Source: Phoronis australis (Eukaryota; Animalia; Phoronida). Taken from it: DNA of 64,000 nt. The stretch covers positions 1 through 64,000 of the forward strand of contig NMRA01000671.1 in assembly GCA_002633005.1 (NCBI GenBank), in the 5' to 3' direction. A program made the translations under genes and the position numbers. Below, piece after piece: positions 11,101-26,100 of the stretch (positions within the stretch are counted from its first letter, which is position 1; each line of letters begins with the position of its first letter). Below the pieces are notes generated by a model, which was given only the letters and a program-made list of their open reading frames with translations, had not been told where the DNA came from and did not search any database.

Positions 11101-14100
11101 ATTACACGTGGTGATATCGTCAGGAATTGCGTTTTTGCCGCTCCATGACTAGATATCTTTCATCTGGAGACCCACATATTTTTTGTTAATATGTATATGC
11201 AATAACATAATTGCGGAATGTGGGGCGGAATTTTTAAGCAGGTGTCGTGGGTACTTGGTCTCCACTAAAGTTGTGCTTTAAAAATGACGAATTTTATTGC
11301 AGGTTTTGCACAACAATGTCCAGAGTATGTTACACTCAAGAATCAAGAGTTTAGGAATGCCTTCTATGAACCCGGTATTACAGACACATTGCATTGTGAC
11401 AGGTCTCTCGTGCCGGGGTGGTACCGCTTCCAGTCGTCCGCTGGCAGTACAGTGCCAACTTCTTGTGTCGACCTTTATCACTGCGGTACTAAATATCCAG
11501 TGTGGATGATGGGTAAGTTATGATAGCACTTGCCTTTGCTATATTGATGGTATTCATTTGACACGCCATACGTTACTTGGGAATGGTAGTTTCTGACTCG
11601 AGTAGACTGCATTTACATATATTTCACTCGTTGACACAAAAGAACCAGAGATCTGCTTGAGCAGATTTGGTTAAACAAAGCAACGAGCATTTAACATGAA
11701 AGATTGCGCTGTCGGAAGAATAGAAAGCGGGTTTTATTATTTGGTATTATATGCCTCGTATTTGTCACATAATTTTCTAAGTCTTTATGATATAAATTTT
11801 ATGTTTTTGAGAAAATATCAAAGATAGTGCCAAGTAAAATGACTGCTAAACAACATTCAAACGAGCGTGGACAAATCCTTTAAGGTAATCAAAACCAATT
11901 ACAGTAAAAATCATCCAATTCATGATATATTATGACTCACATCTGGTTCTATTTATTCTCATTTTTTAACAAAATCGAAAGTGAACAGATTTTTAGTTAA
12001 CTGCTTTTCCAGAAATCTGTTGTTATGTGGTTGAGAACGCGTGCAAGATACTCGTTCATTCTACATGTACAGAGCCCGAGATTCTGTGCTCGAGACTAAA
12101 AACCACGTAAGCGGTTAAATGGTTTGCCCTATATAGCTACCAAACGGCACAATCTTAAACTTTGAATATTTTCAAGAATATTTTTAAGAATGCTGTCAGC
12201 CTTTAAATACTGGAAAGTGGCAATTTTGGAAAGTGGCAATTTGCCACTATTTTTCTTTTTGTCGAAACTGAGGACAATTTACCGTGTCTCCATTTGTTGT
12301 GCTTAACCGTTACATTTGACCATCTGTATGAAGTTCAGACAAAAACATTAATTAGAAATACCAGTTTTCAAAAGCAAACAATGACGTTCCATACTAGCAA
12401 ACGTTTTGTACCATGCTAGTCTAAATGGTTTTGTTTTGCGACATATTCTTTACCCCAAGGCAAGTTATAGCTATCAAGATATTTTATGGTGAAAAACTCA
12501 TTTTAAGTGAAATGCATAAAAATGGCATTTGAGCTATCATGCTACGTTCATTACAATGCGAACACAATGATTGTACTTGCATTGCAGCTGTCATACTGCG
12601 TTCATTACAAATGTAAACACAGTGATTGTACTTGCAGGTGAAAATACCTTACGTAGAAGATGGTACGGTAACGCAAATATTTTGCGTATCGGGGGACTAT
12701 TTTATGTGAGATTTGCAAAACGTATGGAGATGTTTGTTGCACTTCTTATCAAATGCTCAGATAACAAAAGTTTGACTTTCAATAACTGCCTGAATTCCAT
12801 ATACAGTGTGTGTATTTTCTATGGCAAATAGGACAGATTTCTTGAACTCAAGATAGGTTACAAGACACACCTTGAACTAAAACGAACGTTAAGATGCCAA
12901 AACTACACAATTTCGAATCCAAACAATACGTGTTAATGTATTTCGTATTATGCCAATATTGATCCAGTGCTAAATATCGTATATTGCATAATGCAAATTT
13001 GTTCTAAATTCTATCACTAATCTGCGGAAACACGCCTGCATTGTTTCAGCGACGACTGAGTGAGTTATACGAGTTTTCAAAGGCAAACAATAACGTTCCA
13101 TTCTCACAAACGTTCTGTTGCACGTTAGTCTAACTGACCATTGTGCGTCATATTCTTTACTCCAACGCAAATTTATGTCTAACATGATATTTTATGGAGA
13201 AGACTTAATTTTAAGTGAAATGTATTAAACTTGCATTTCAGCTATCAAACTACGTTTATTACAAATCTGAATACAGTGATTTTACTTGCAGGTGAAATAC
13301 CTACCGTAGAAGATGGTACGGTAAATAAAACGTTCTGCGTAATGGGGTACTTTGATGATTGTGGGTTTTGCAAAGACGAACCAGAGAACTGTTGCGACCA
13401 AGTGTTACTAATTGAAGTGCAGAACTGCAGTTCCACAGAAGAATATGTACTCTACAAATTACCGAGAGTATCCGGTTGTCCTGTAGCATTTTGTGCAGGT
13501 ACGTATTGACCAAATGTGGTCTTCCTTCTTGTATATTGTGAGAAGTTAATATTTTACGGTACAGTCTATTTTAATCGAATACCATTGTAGCTATTCATTG
13601 ATATATTATCAGCCACTTTGAAGGTTTTGGGCAGTGACTTCATCACGCATATCTAAAAACACGTCAAATGTACCGTTGTTATAGCTTTGGTGTTAACACA
13701 AACCGGCTCGGTTGTTTCGTGCAATGAGCCTAGACTGCGTTGCCTGTGTTTATAGTACTCTAAATGGTGTGTCGCACAGGACATCAGAAAAACCTACTAA
13801 CCTAGCCAACAGAAACTGCAAAACGTGCCTGCCACCATATAATGAAATAGTTTTCGTCACTTTGAAATGGTAGTGCTGGTCTTCCATTAAATCCGGATGA
13901 TGGACAGAACATTTTTCGATGTTATGTTACAGTTCCTTTGGCAAGCTGTCAAACGCACGCGCTCATGTGAACTTTTTGATACAAATGTACAGTGTTTTTC
14001 CATGATGTCATCAAATACGTCATCTGCCATGCTTGAGAACAAACGTTTCAGTATGATAATGGTATCATGAAGCAAACACACTACATATCTTAGCTGCATT

Positions 14101-17100
14101 CTCTTCAGAATTAAGTCAGTGTAGTATTTTAACATTTTTAGATGAAAAACGTTAGAACTATGTAACAAGTCATAATAAATTGATAATAAACTTCATGAAC
14201 AAATGCGTTAATTAATCTCAGGTAATTATTTTGAAAGTCACAAATATTTTAGAATAGGACTTGTTATTGTGAACATCTTGTTGTGGTGAACTTGAGTATT
14301 ACACAATTTCTTCATAAAAGCTTTAGTTCTGTTTAAAGTTCTCAGTGTAGTTTTGACAAACAGGATACGATCATCATTAAACATGTTTTTGGAGGGGTTA
14401 ACTTAAGGTGGGTTGATTCTAAGAAAAAACCACGCCGATGTACAATGTACTAAAGCCTTGACCAGTGTCCATGTGATGTTTTGTCATATCTTAGAGTATG
14501 GATAATTCTGGAGCAAATATAAGCGTCATTCTCAAAAGAAAAAAATAGGCAACGAGGAAGCTCAGTAACTTTACAGAGTCAAGTATTTTAGGCAGACCAC
14601 TGAGTCAGTAGAGTTTAGAGGAGTGTATTCAGTCACTGACAAGGTTCATACTGATACAAAAAACAAGAATTGGATGTTCATGCGTAAATGAGATCAAAGG
14701 GAGTAATTTATGTAAGTCTCATTAGACTTTATGAGCTATGAGTTGTTCTAGGACACAATATATTTTAGAATAAGTGTTGGTTTGGTAAATATAATTTAAA
14801 GTTCATGTACCGATTGATTTAGACTTGAGTAATAAGTTTTGACTAATTTCTTACATTGAATATTATTAAGAGTTTGATTTAGATTCAGTTTCATCTATTA
14901 TTGTCATGTATTTAGAGTATTTTATGTATTTCTGTAGATTTGCGGTTCTCACAAGGATTCACAAAATTTTCACTGAAGTTCCAAATGAAATAAGGAAACA
15001 AAATCATTGCGTCAAACTTGGACTTTCATTTTGTCTGTCCAACGCAGAATATTACAAAGTATAAGATTTCGTAGTAAAAGCTGGATTGAACCTAATTTGA
15101 TTTTAGCCTGGTTGTTTTTTTTTTAATTTCGAAAGAGCATATTTTAACGTCAAATCCCATGTTTCAGGATCTGCCGACCTGTGTCCTCCTAACACGTATT
15201 CGCCCACAGGATTCCAACCAGGGTGCACTGGTAAGTTTATAGACTACTGTATATCTGGTTGAAAATGACAACGTATCAGAGTGGAAGACTTACAACGATT
15301 CCGTGCACACAACTTATTGCCAGAAAGAGCATTGAAGCCATCGGCGACTCAAAAACGCTTCAAATGTTAGTAAAGTTTACCAGTCCTAAAGATGCATAAA
15401 ATGGCGCATCGCATTGCATGTGAATTGAGTTGAAAAATCATTCGGCGTGGGTGGCGTGCAAAGCTACGCCACGTGCGCCCCTCCTCGAACACCAACGCCC
15501 GGACAAGACTGCCAACTTTTCGTCTTTAAGAAGCACCAAAACTTGATTAAAATTGCACCGTCAAGCTCCTAAGCATTCACCATTTTATAGGAAGGGGGTA
15601 TAGCCGGGCTTCCAAATCTGGTTAACATTTATGCCTGGTCAAAATTAGAAAAATACCTTAATCTAGAACTGTGCTCTGTTTTTATACCTCTCAAAAATGC
15701 GAAATTTGTATCGAGAGTAGTTTTGAGAACCATTTTTGTGCGTTGACTACGGATCAGAAACTTTCCTATATTGGGATTAAAATTTACAAAGAAATCAACG
15801 AGATATTTTGCTGATGCGTGGCCATTTTGTTACAGTTTTCTTTCTGGTCAGGTGAAAGTGCTAAGGACTATAAAAAAATTACCGGGCACAACGTCCGTTG
15901 GCCAAGCTTGCGTACTTTAATTAAAAACAGAAATTTGCTACATGTAGTCAAGCATCTAAAATATCGAAATTGCTTCATATGTGCAAAAATTTCCGAGTTT
16001 AATGGTATGGGTCGCGTGACAAATGGCGCCTTTAAGTGTATCCAGTAATCGATATTTCGCCCACTGTCATGATCATTATAGTTATCATCACATTTTGAAA
16101 TAAATACCAAAAAAACATAGTTAAGAAAAGAAATTCATGTGATTTAAAGTAATAGCAAAACGTGATTAAGTGCACTGTCAAGCTTGTAGTCATTCACCAT
16201 CTCAAGTTAGGGAAACATTTATGCCAGGTCAAATTTAGAAAAAATACCTCAATCAAGAACTGTACACCGTTTTTATACCTATCAAAAATGCGACTTGCAT
16301 TTGTATCGGGAGTAATTTTTGAGAGTCATTTTTGTGAGCTGACTACAAATCAGAAACTTATTTCTATTTTGAGATGAAAATTTCCAAAGTAAAAAACGAA
16401 TAATTTTGCTGATACGTCGCCATTGTGTCACAGGCATAGTTTTCTTTCTGGTCAGAAGACGACATAAAGAAGGAATGTAAAGAAATTAACCCGGCGTGCG
16501 TACGTGCTTTAACTAAAACCAGAAATGTGCTAGCCTAGCATCTAAAATAATAAAAACTGCGTCATATGAGCAAGAATTTTACGAGCATAATGATATGGGT
16601 TGCGTGACAATTGGTGCCCTGTTAGTGTAACCAGTAATAGATCATATAATTGTGTCGTTATAATCACAATTTTCAACAGAGGCAACACCATTACCCATAA
16701 TGCATCACTGAGCTAAATTTAAAGATGGCGGATTTGCACAAGTGGGTATTGGCGAGCTTTGTAGTCAATATATCAACAGTATCAAGTATTGCTAATGCAT
16801 GGCAATCGGCAAGCTATAAGTTGTTACTTTTAAGCTGTTACGGGTGGCTGAAGGGCATATTGTGATATACATGCATCCAATTTTGGTGTCAAAACTCGGC
16901 ACTTTCTGATTTTGGTCAACACTGGCACAGTCATCTTTCAACTTCCGTAATTTGCACAGTTTTCACTGGAGCGTCTTTGTTCAGGTGGCTGTAACGAGTT
17001 TGCAAATCTGTATTAGGCAAGGAGCAAACAGTACAAAACGGGAATTTTTCTAATAATTTAACAATAACATAATTAAAAATTTTGTTGAATACTATTTATT

Positions 17101-20100
17101 GATTTTGAATTTGAATTTTATTGACATATGTTATTACATAAGACAGGCTGAACTTGAAATGCATACCAAAACATTATTTTGAAAAATATATGTTCATGTC
17201 TTTAACAATAACAACAAGCTGTCGGTGACAGTTGCGTTTTGTGTTAACTTTAATCTGGGGAAGTAAGCTCAGCGTCTGCTTTACGGCTGATGTCAAAGGG
17301 TTACTGGTTAATTTAGATGCACTGGGAGTAGGGTATACTTGGAGAAGAGAGGGGCTCGGATTCAGTTGGTCAGACGGTAATATATGACACTGCGTTTACT
17401 GCTAGCGCTATGAAACCAGCCTCCCGTTCAGTAACGCTAGGACCTCGCTAAAAAGCAAGACTTAGCGATATTACATGAGATATTGCCGTGCATTTTAAAT
17501 GAGAACACAACTTTGACTAGGTTTTAGCTAGGTCTATTCTCATTTTTCATTGATTAGAGAAAAAATAATAAACTCACTAATATGAAGATGATTTGCGTTT
17601 ATGAAGGAGCTCAGATTTACTCGACGTTTTTCTGGTTTTGGGCTGTGACTGAAAACAGTATTTGTTGAGTGCCACCTAACAAAAACTGGCGAAATAATCG
17701 CTCCTAAGCGATGGTCGGTGCAGTCTGCAGTGTTGGACTTTATGATAAAACTCACGGGTCCCGTGCCGTAAGGGAAAATTTTCCTCCACGAGATTGTCAC
17801 GCTGCAGAGCGCACTCCAGAATACATTGCTGGGGTGTGTACTATGTTCAGTGTTATCAAAGCAAAAATGCATGCGTTATGATGTAATTGTTTCTTGTATT
17901 GTAGGTGTCCGTGCTACCTACAATGGATCTGTAACGGTCTCCGCTCATGCAGGAAAACGACCTGACGCGTACCCATTAACAGGCGACTATAAAGAAGATA
18001 ATTATAGACAAAAACTTACGGACAAGAACAAAAAAGAAATACAGTTTCATTGCAGTATTGCTGATGACAACTCAAAAAACTTTACGAAGCTTTTATTCAA
18101 CGTTCGTTGGTTTATCAATGGTGTGGAATTTGCATATGATGAACTGGGTGCAGGCTACACTGTTTCGATTCTACACGAGTACCAATGGATAACAAGAAAT
18201 ACACTGAAAGCTCAATTGCCATTTAATGTACGTAATTGACAACTAGAATTCATTCAAAATAATAATCACTAGATAAAATTATATATGTAATGGAGCTGAT
18301 AAAAGATAGCTAACACCACGGATGTGATAAATCGGACGAAATGTTTTGGTGATGTTTAAAATTGAAATATCATGGCCGGTGATGTTCGCCATACATGTAG
18401 TAGAGGTAGGGGTAGTGAAATAATTTAGGGAAAGTTGTGTGGTGTGGCCGAATGCAGCAACACGCAATAGAGCCGATCATTATTATAAGGTCTCCAATGA
18501 CTTGAACGTGCATGGTTGAAGTATTAATTCAGAAGAATGGCCTTCCGGTGCCATTTATTTTTGCACGACCACTGATATTTCCGTTCTCCAGTTGGCTGAA
18601 TCCGTTACGTTAAATCCCAATATACATCGATATTTACTAGCCTGTCTGTGGAATATTTGTGTTGCCCGGGCGTCAGATGTCACTATTTGCGATATGATCA
18701 ATCAGGCGCTGCAGAAACTATGCAGTCTAAAAACGAATCAAGCAGGTCACGCCATTACATCAAAGCAGTCAGAACAACTATGTCTAACAAAAGAACGACA
18801 GAAAAGCAAATTGAAGCATCAATGGTCTTTTAATAAATATGTAAAATTATAAAACCATCTGTCCGGCTTATCAGCTCACGTGGAGCTAATGTCACGCTCG
18901 GGATCTGTTCATATTTGCATAGTAACACAAACACATGAACAAATAACAAGGAAATCCTGTTTTCTGATGATATTTAACTGATTCTCATCATATTGTCAGA
19001 AGTCGAGTGTGGATTTGTTTAAAAAATACCTATGCTTTGAGGTTGTGTGTGGATGAAGTGAGAATGATCAAACGGCCCAGTAATAAATGTAATATATGAT
19101 AACCACTTATTCAAACCTATTGTTAATTAAGTAGACTAAAAATGAAGAAGAGTAACTACGCTAGAAACCTCTATAAGGAATATTTCAACCAATTAACTAT
19201 GAATAATCAAACGCCTTATCTGCTGTCTAAGCTGTAGGACGCGATCGTTGAATGACAGTCCTACTGGTCGATCTTCGAACTGACACACACTGCACTGCGA
19301 CATGTTACTTGCTGGTCACAGTCTCTCATGACGCAGTACTTGCAGGCAGTCTCTTTCATCTATGAATCCTCTTCCTGATCACAATCTCTCGTGACGCAAC
19401 GCGCATAGGCATTACCTTACTACCCACGATGCAAGTGACAATCTTTTTGTTAACTTCCTGTTCATTAACCGTTGCCCTTTCCAAGATCCTCTTTAGACTC
19501 TTCCACGTGATGGCTCTGTTGTACAATTACGTCTGTACACATCTTCTAGACTCAACTCTTAAATTTCAACTGAGTACTTTGCAAACGTGTGGCCAAATTA
19601 TAACAGTGTACTTACTTAACGTTTGACTAATGAAACTACATTATCTTAACCAGTCATATCATCGGCTGTTACGATTTGATCTGACAAAATTTCTAGTCTT
19701 TAGAGTGTATTGATCCCGGAAGCACAGTAGTAAACATCATCTAAAATAAATATTGACTTGGCATATACATGTAAACGAGTTTGACCCCATGGTTTAGAAA
19801 TGCAAGTGCAAAAATTTTGGTCAACTTAAATATACTATCTGCACTAATTACTTCATCAATATTTATTATGACACATGTGTATCATGTATACTCTAGGTTC
19901 ACTGTGAAGTCCAGGCGCATTATAACAACACCGGCGGCATTTCAGACTCTGTGCGCAGCGGAGATTTTTGGGCCGGAATAAAGGTAAGGTAACGCACCAC
20001 CATGTATTTGTTACCATTGACTGCTCTCCTTATTGACAATCATTTGCCCGGGAGATTGGAGCTATCTCGTTTCCATGAGGTATTGAGAACTATCTGAGAC

Positions 20101-23100
20101 AATTTTTTCCCTGATCCTCGGTGACTCTAGATTTTAAGAGGTTTCACGAATAACTTTTGAAATTTTTATATTCATTTATTGATTCAAGACATCATCCTGG
20201 TTTTATTATTCAACATTCCAGAAATGAATTTATGACCTAAAGGCAACATTTCGTAACTAATCTAATGCAAGCAACACGGTTGACTTGGAAATAAGGCAAA
20301 AGTTCCGCAGAGCCTGAAACACAGTACAGTTTGCCACCTTGCATGACTCCGCTTTTGTAACCGTAGGTGATAAGCTACATGTACATGTAGGGGTATGAGG
20401 ATTGTCATTAAAACACAGCTAGGAATCACTGTTTGTGAAGCTCCTAGAAATTTCACAAAGTCCATGAAGTTCTACGTGTCACTTCGTGGTGAAACTAATA
20501 TTTCAACGAGTAGAGTTAAAGACCGGCGAGGGTGCATGCAAAATCTGGGAGTCAGTCGGCACTCAATTTGTCCGTTCGAACCGTATAAGTGAAAACAAGC
20601 AAGTAAGCGTCATTGCGTTGCATAATGTCCAACTTTTGTAGCAAAGATAAGATTTTGGTCGTTTTGAAATAGTACGACCGTGAGTCGTGCACGCACCATT
20701 TCCTAAATTTATTGCGACAATCTCGGAAGATAATGGCAGCTTCGCAGCAGCAAAGTTTGTTCTGAAATTTGGTTTGCTGGTAAGTTCTCGGCGCTATGAA
20801 AATCGCTGAGTCGTTTTTTGCAGCCTTTTCAAAATCCCAAATCGTACAGTCATGTAGTTTTATAAAAGTTTCTCACCGTTTTTTGTGCGTAAAGTTGATC
20901 AATTTAATAATGGAGAAAACGTTTAGATTAAGCTCTTACCTGCGGCGTTAAGTACTCACAAATTTCAAATTCTCCATGACTGCTGCGGGATTCCAAGGAG
21001 AATTCGAGTTTGGACCTCAGTACCTCCATGTAAGGGAAAAATAGATCCGTAACAAAACGACACGCGTATCTCTAGTATTAATTTTCTTTCGGAGATAGAA
21101 AACAAAGCTGGCCTTTGGTTTTTACATATTTCGTGAAAGCAATTTGTTGTTGTGTAAAATGAGAGAGATTCACAGTATAGGCTGCGTGTCAATTTCAAAA
21201 CACGTGCGATAGTTTGTGGTGCGCTGATACGCCGTAAAATGTAACAATTTCGTTTCATTTTACGTCATTGTTACATATTACGTCGCTAAGCCTCACCTAA
21301 AATGTAAAAAGTTCTTACAATTAACGTCGAATGCGCATGCGAGAAATGTACCATTGTTACACTTTACGAATCCAACCTCATATCGCAAAGAAAATAACTA
21401 AAATCAAGAACAAGTTGTACCCACCACGGCCGAGGGAAACTCGAGTATATTTGCACGAGGAGTGCCGCCCGAAAAATTTGGATACCTACCCGTTTATAGA
21501 ATGGGCTCGTACAAAAAGTGACCCAATTTGAAAATAAATTTGTGTAAGCATTCACATTTTACCACAGTTCTCTTCCAGACATTCAGAAAAGGCACCTTGT
21601 CAGAGGAGGCAGTGTGGCCGAGTTGAGAAGTGCCCGCTTTCGTTACTCGAGGTTGTGATTTCGAGTCCCACAAAGTTACATTTCTAAGCTCTTGAGCAAG
21701 GTATCCACTGTAGCTCCTCAACTTGGTTTCCACCATATGTGAATAAAGCATAAAAATAGTTCAAGGTGATCAGTGCAATGGGACCACATGGAAGGTCTGT
21801 GCACATCCGGTACATCGTGTATCAGACCGCCTGCACTTTTTTAATATTTTGTCGAAAATGACCCAATTTTAGGAAGTATTTTTGGTATAAAATATACCGA
21901 CTTTTCATATACATCCGTTATAGGAATGCCCTTAGGGCTTACAGGGCATCATGGATTTGGCTACCCATTACCATTTTTATGAATAATGATAATCAATTTG
22001 TTTCCGTAACAACGGTCATAGGCCCACTGTACAAAAGAGCAACGTGTAACATACCTACATGTAAGAGTGCAGCAAGCTTTCAAGGAGACGAAAAGCATAA
22101 AATACATATTTACACAAACTAACTAATTTAGCATCATCACTTGTTGATACCAATTTATTGAACTTAAAAAGAGACGGGAAATCCCAATAGTACACTTCAA
22201 TATAATTTTGTCACAGTTCAGAATATTTGTCACAGCTTGAAAAGAACTGATACTCCACAAAATTGGAGCAGAAGTGACACGCTCTGTTTGCCCTATCCAA
22301 ATTCAGTGCCTGTCAATCATGACGCTATGACTAGAACAACAAAAACGTGCCATGGACATAATTTGTGCACTGGGTATACTCAAACTTACTTCTTTTCAAT
22401 TTAAATTCAGTTTTAAATTTATTATAAATACCACACTTGAGGATTACTCTCAACACTTTGTGTCGATCGTTGCAACTAAAAATACCTTATTCGCTGTCTA
22501 AAAACTAGCAGAAAAGTATTTTCGCACACAACGACTTGATTTAACCAAACTTCGTAGAATCCATAATTTGACAATATCAGCCGATTTCAGGTATAAGGCT
22601 TCAACCTGGTCCTCCTAAACCTGGTCTAAATTTAGACCTAACTTGCATTTTACCAACATGGTTTAAAAGTCTGAAAGCCTGACATTCGCACCCCAACTGC
22701 CAAATGGAATCTAAGAGATTTTTTTTGGGAGGTGGCCCCCTTTCCCCCTTTAAATTTTCCACTGAGGCAGGACCACTGCCCGGCAACCTTGAATTGGGGA
22801 CCAATTGAGATAGAAATCGGTCAAAATAATCATTCTAAGCCTTTTTCGTCACACGCGTAGCGCTGGGGACGATGACCTTCTGCTCAAACCGTCGTATGGT
22901 GAGGAATCCGAAGGAGACCCTTTATCAGGTACTGGTCTGTGCATAGGCGGATCCAGGGATTCAAGGGGTCCAGACCCACTTTTCCCTTGATTTTAGTGAT
23001 ATCAAATCTATTGTTTCCGAATTGTTGACCCAGGCCTTCCTTTTAAAAATCCTTGATCCAACCTCCCCCCCCTTTAAAAATTCTTGGTCCTCCATGTCAC

Positions 23101-26100
23101 GTTTGAATGTCACGTCCAAAAACTAAGTATTGAAACCATTCCGTTCTTGCTCTAAAACTACGTCGTAAATGCACACCACAACATTATTTATTAGCACCTA
23201 TATCGCAATATTTAAGAGCAATTCCATATAAAAACCAGATGGCGGGCTATATATGCAAAATCATCAATTTTTTGAAACTTAGCACATCAGCTGACCTTGT
23301 CAAAGGAAACCTGAGCCTGAATTTTTAAGAGTTTCCGATTTTTTAACCCTTTTTACGACGCGACCACTTTGTACTTTTTCTGAAAAATAGCAAATAATAG
23401 CACTTGGAAGTAGGTGATTTTCGTCAGCAACAGCGCATCATCGCTTCACGCTATTGAGGAAATGAATATATAGTAGAAAGAAGAAAGAATAACAACAACA
23501 AAATCTAGTTTAGATGGATTTATTGATTTTTATGTCCTCCCATTTTAGCCTACAAATTATCATTTACACTGCTTATCATTCAGGCCATTTTCACAAATTT
23601 TTATCACTCTCCCAAATCTATATCGGATTTATTTGGAACATGAGTTAACTTCCATCTGTTACTGCTGTCTTTTTCAGCCCAACGCAAGAATAAAAAATCT
23701 TGTCTCTTTCATAGGTTTTGTGCAGTCAGTTTTTTACATAACTCACTTACACACTTTTCTGCCAATCTGTGTCGGTCAGTTAGATTAAAAGACTATAGGA
23801 GGCACTACTCGATTGTGCAATTATCTATTCACCGTGATGCCAAATAGAACAAATATCATTCGTTTTGCTACATAAGTGACGAAGCAGATCATGGGAAGCT
23901 GTAGGAGAGATTTTCTCTTCGCGGATTTTCAGTTTTGCTGCTGCAAAAATAAAAATTGGTTATAGGATTACAGAAATGAAAAAGTCAATTTTAATGTACT
24001 TATGAGTTAATAATAAAAACCATCACAATCTCATACTTCAGAGAATCAGGTTTTATTCTTATTAAGGGTACCTATTACCCATTGCTTGGTCAGTTTTCAA
24101 ACACCGTAATTGACTAAGAATCCCACGCACTGCCTGCAGTGCATGCTGGTCCATTTTCAGACCTCCTGAACAAGTCCATGTATATGCGCTTGAAAGAAGT
24201 CCTCTCACACTATTAGCAAAGTTAATACTAAAACTAATAAAGATCTTCGAGATCACAAGTGAAAAGAGGACGGTGGATACGAGCAGAAGTGTTGTGTTAT
24301 TGGACATACAAAGTGTCACGCAATGCTTCTTGTACTACACAAAAGCGGCCGAGCATAGTGGCAGTGCACCAATGGAATTTACAATTTCAAAAAAATAACA
24401 GGTACGGATATTTACGATTGAAAACATAATATTTTCAGTGATATCTAAGATACCGGCTTTCCAAACCAGTATTTAAGCAGTAGTTTCAATAGAATCAATC
24501 ATGTAAAAAGTATGTTTTAATAGTCTCAAACTGAACATAAAACAAAAACCGCTAGTAAAATGGGACAGAAGATTTCAATGTTGACCATCAGTGGCTTGGA
24601 TTATTTTCCCGAAAAGCCACCACTCAACTTTCTCCCCATGGAAGCCCCGAATTTGCGTCATGTTCCATGTTTCCCAATTTCGCCCAGGGTGGACCGCAGT
24701 CCCCTAGCTACGATAATGATGACCACAACAATATCATAAGAATTGACAACAACTAAAACATGTTCATAATTCCCTACAGTTTATGATGATAACTCATTCA
24801 TGACTTCAAGCTCCAACGCATTCTTTGAGGCAAACTCGTGGGCAGCAGCAGCATCAGCATCTTCAATATTTGAATATTTCGGATTCGAGACGCGGCAACC
24901 ATACGGGAGACAAATCCAGCAACCTGCTGCTCCGACAGTCACTCTTCAGATGAGAAAACTTTTCCTTGCTTATTTCTGGCTTCTTGCATCATCTTTAAGA
25001 CCTCAGCTGGCTTTTGTTTTCTGCCTGACTGTTCACCTTCAGGAAATATATCACTGGTTAAGTCTTTACCTTCTCAGAGAATCGCACCGCATTTGTAATA
25101 CTTTTCAGGGCCCAATCCTACGGCGACTTGATCAACAACGTAAACGGCAGACAACTCAGGTGATGATACAGCTGTGGGAGTAGATAACATATCAGATTGT
25201 CTTGAAATGTGGTCGAACCGAGTCTCGTTCTGGAGGGATGATGAATGAGCAATAACATCCAAGTGCTCATTTAGCTCAGCATCTGTAGGAAATATTTCGA
25301 TCACCCATAGTGTGTGCATGTGAACTTCGTATGACGTTCACGGGATACCAGCTCCGACTCAACCCTTGGAGTTGCAAAACACTCGAGTGTTGCAAGGTCA
25401 AGACTTTTCGGAGGCAACAGTTTACATGATTTGTTTTTGACAAGTTTTCCCTCCCCTACTCTATAGGCCTTCCATGCTCGAATGCCTTTGGGGCATTCAC
25501 ACTACAGGCCGACAGATAACAGCCTTTGATACCTCCTCTAGACTCTAGGGCATATTTCAGGTCGACTGCATTTTGTTGCCTTCATTGACGAAGTACATGG
25601 CATGGGACTTCAAGGGTGCGATATTCCTGTCAGAGATGTCTTTTCCCTTCTGACTTTCACTGAAGTCGTAGCGCAGAAAGGAGATGCCGGTGTTACCAGA
25701 TATGTAGAACAAATGAATCAAAAGGGCGGCTGAATGGTAACAATTGCCATTGTCGGAGCGTAGGAAAGCTTCTGTTATTTGTGGATTCCTAGGTTTCACC
25801 TGCCTTAGCACATCTAACGTTAAACAACAAACAGTGAAAAAGCCTTGCTTGCAGGCGTTTAGAGTATGGACGTAAGTATGTACGTGAAATACAACAATTA
25901 TGTAACTAAAATAGGTCATCTAGTTTAAAGAACTACATTATTACATCTTATTACCACCTAAACCGCAATCACACAACTCAACTTCAAACATGGTTCGTCT
26001 CAACACGTTATTATATCAGTAGCTCCTTCAAAACATTTCCCCTTCACAAAGATATGAAAATCATCCATAAGTACACTGTCAAGCTTTTTGTTGGGAAATG

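Noticed and set aside
24800-25183. 127-aa plus-strand ORF
   Set aside because: Antisense shadow of the Sola3 transposase remnant.
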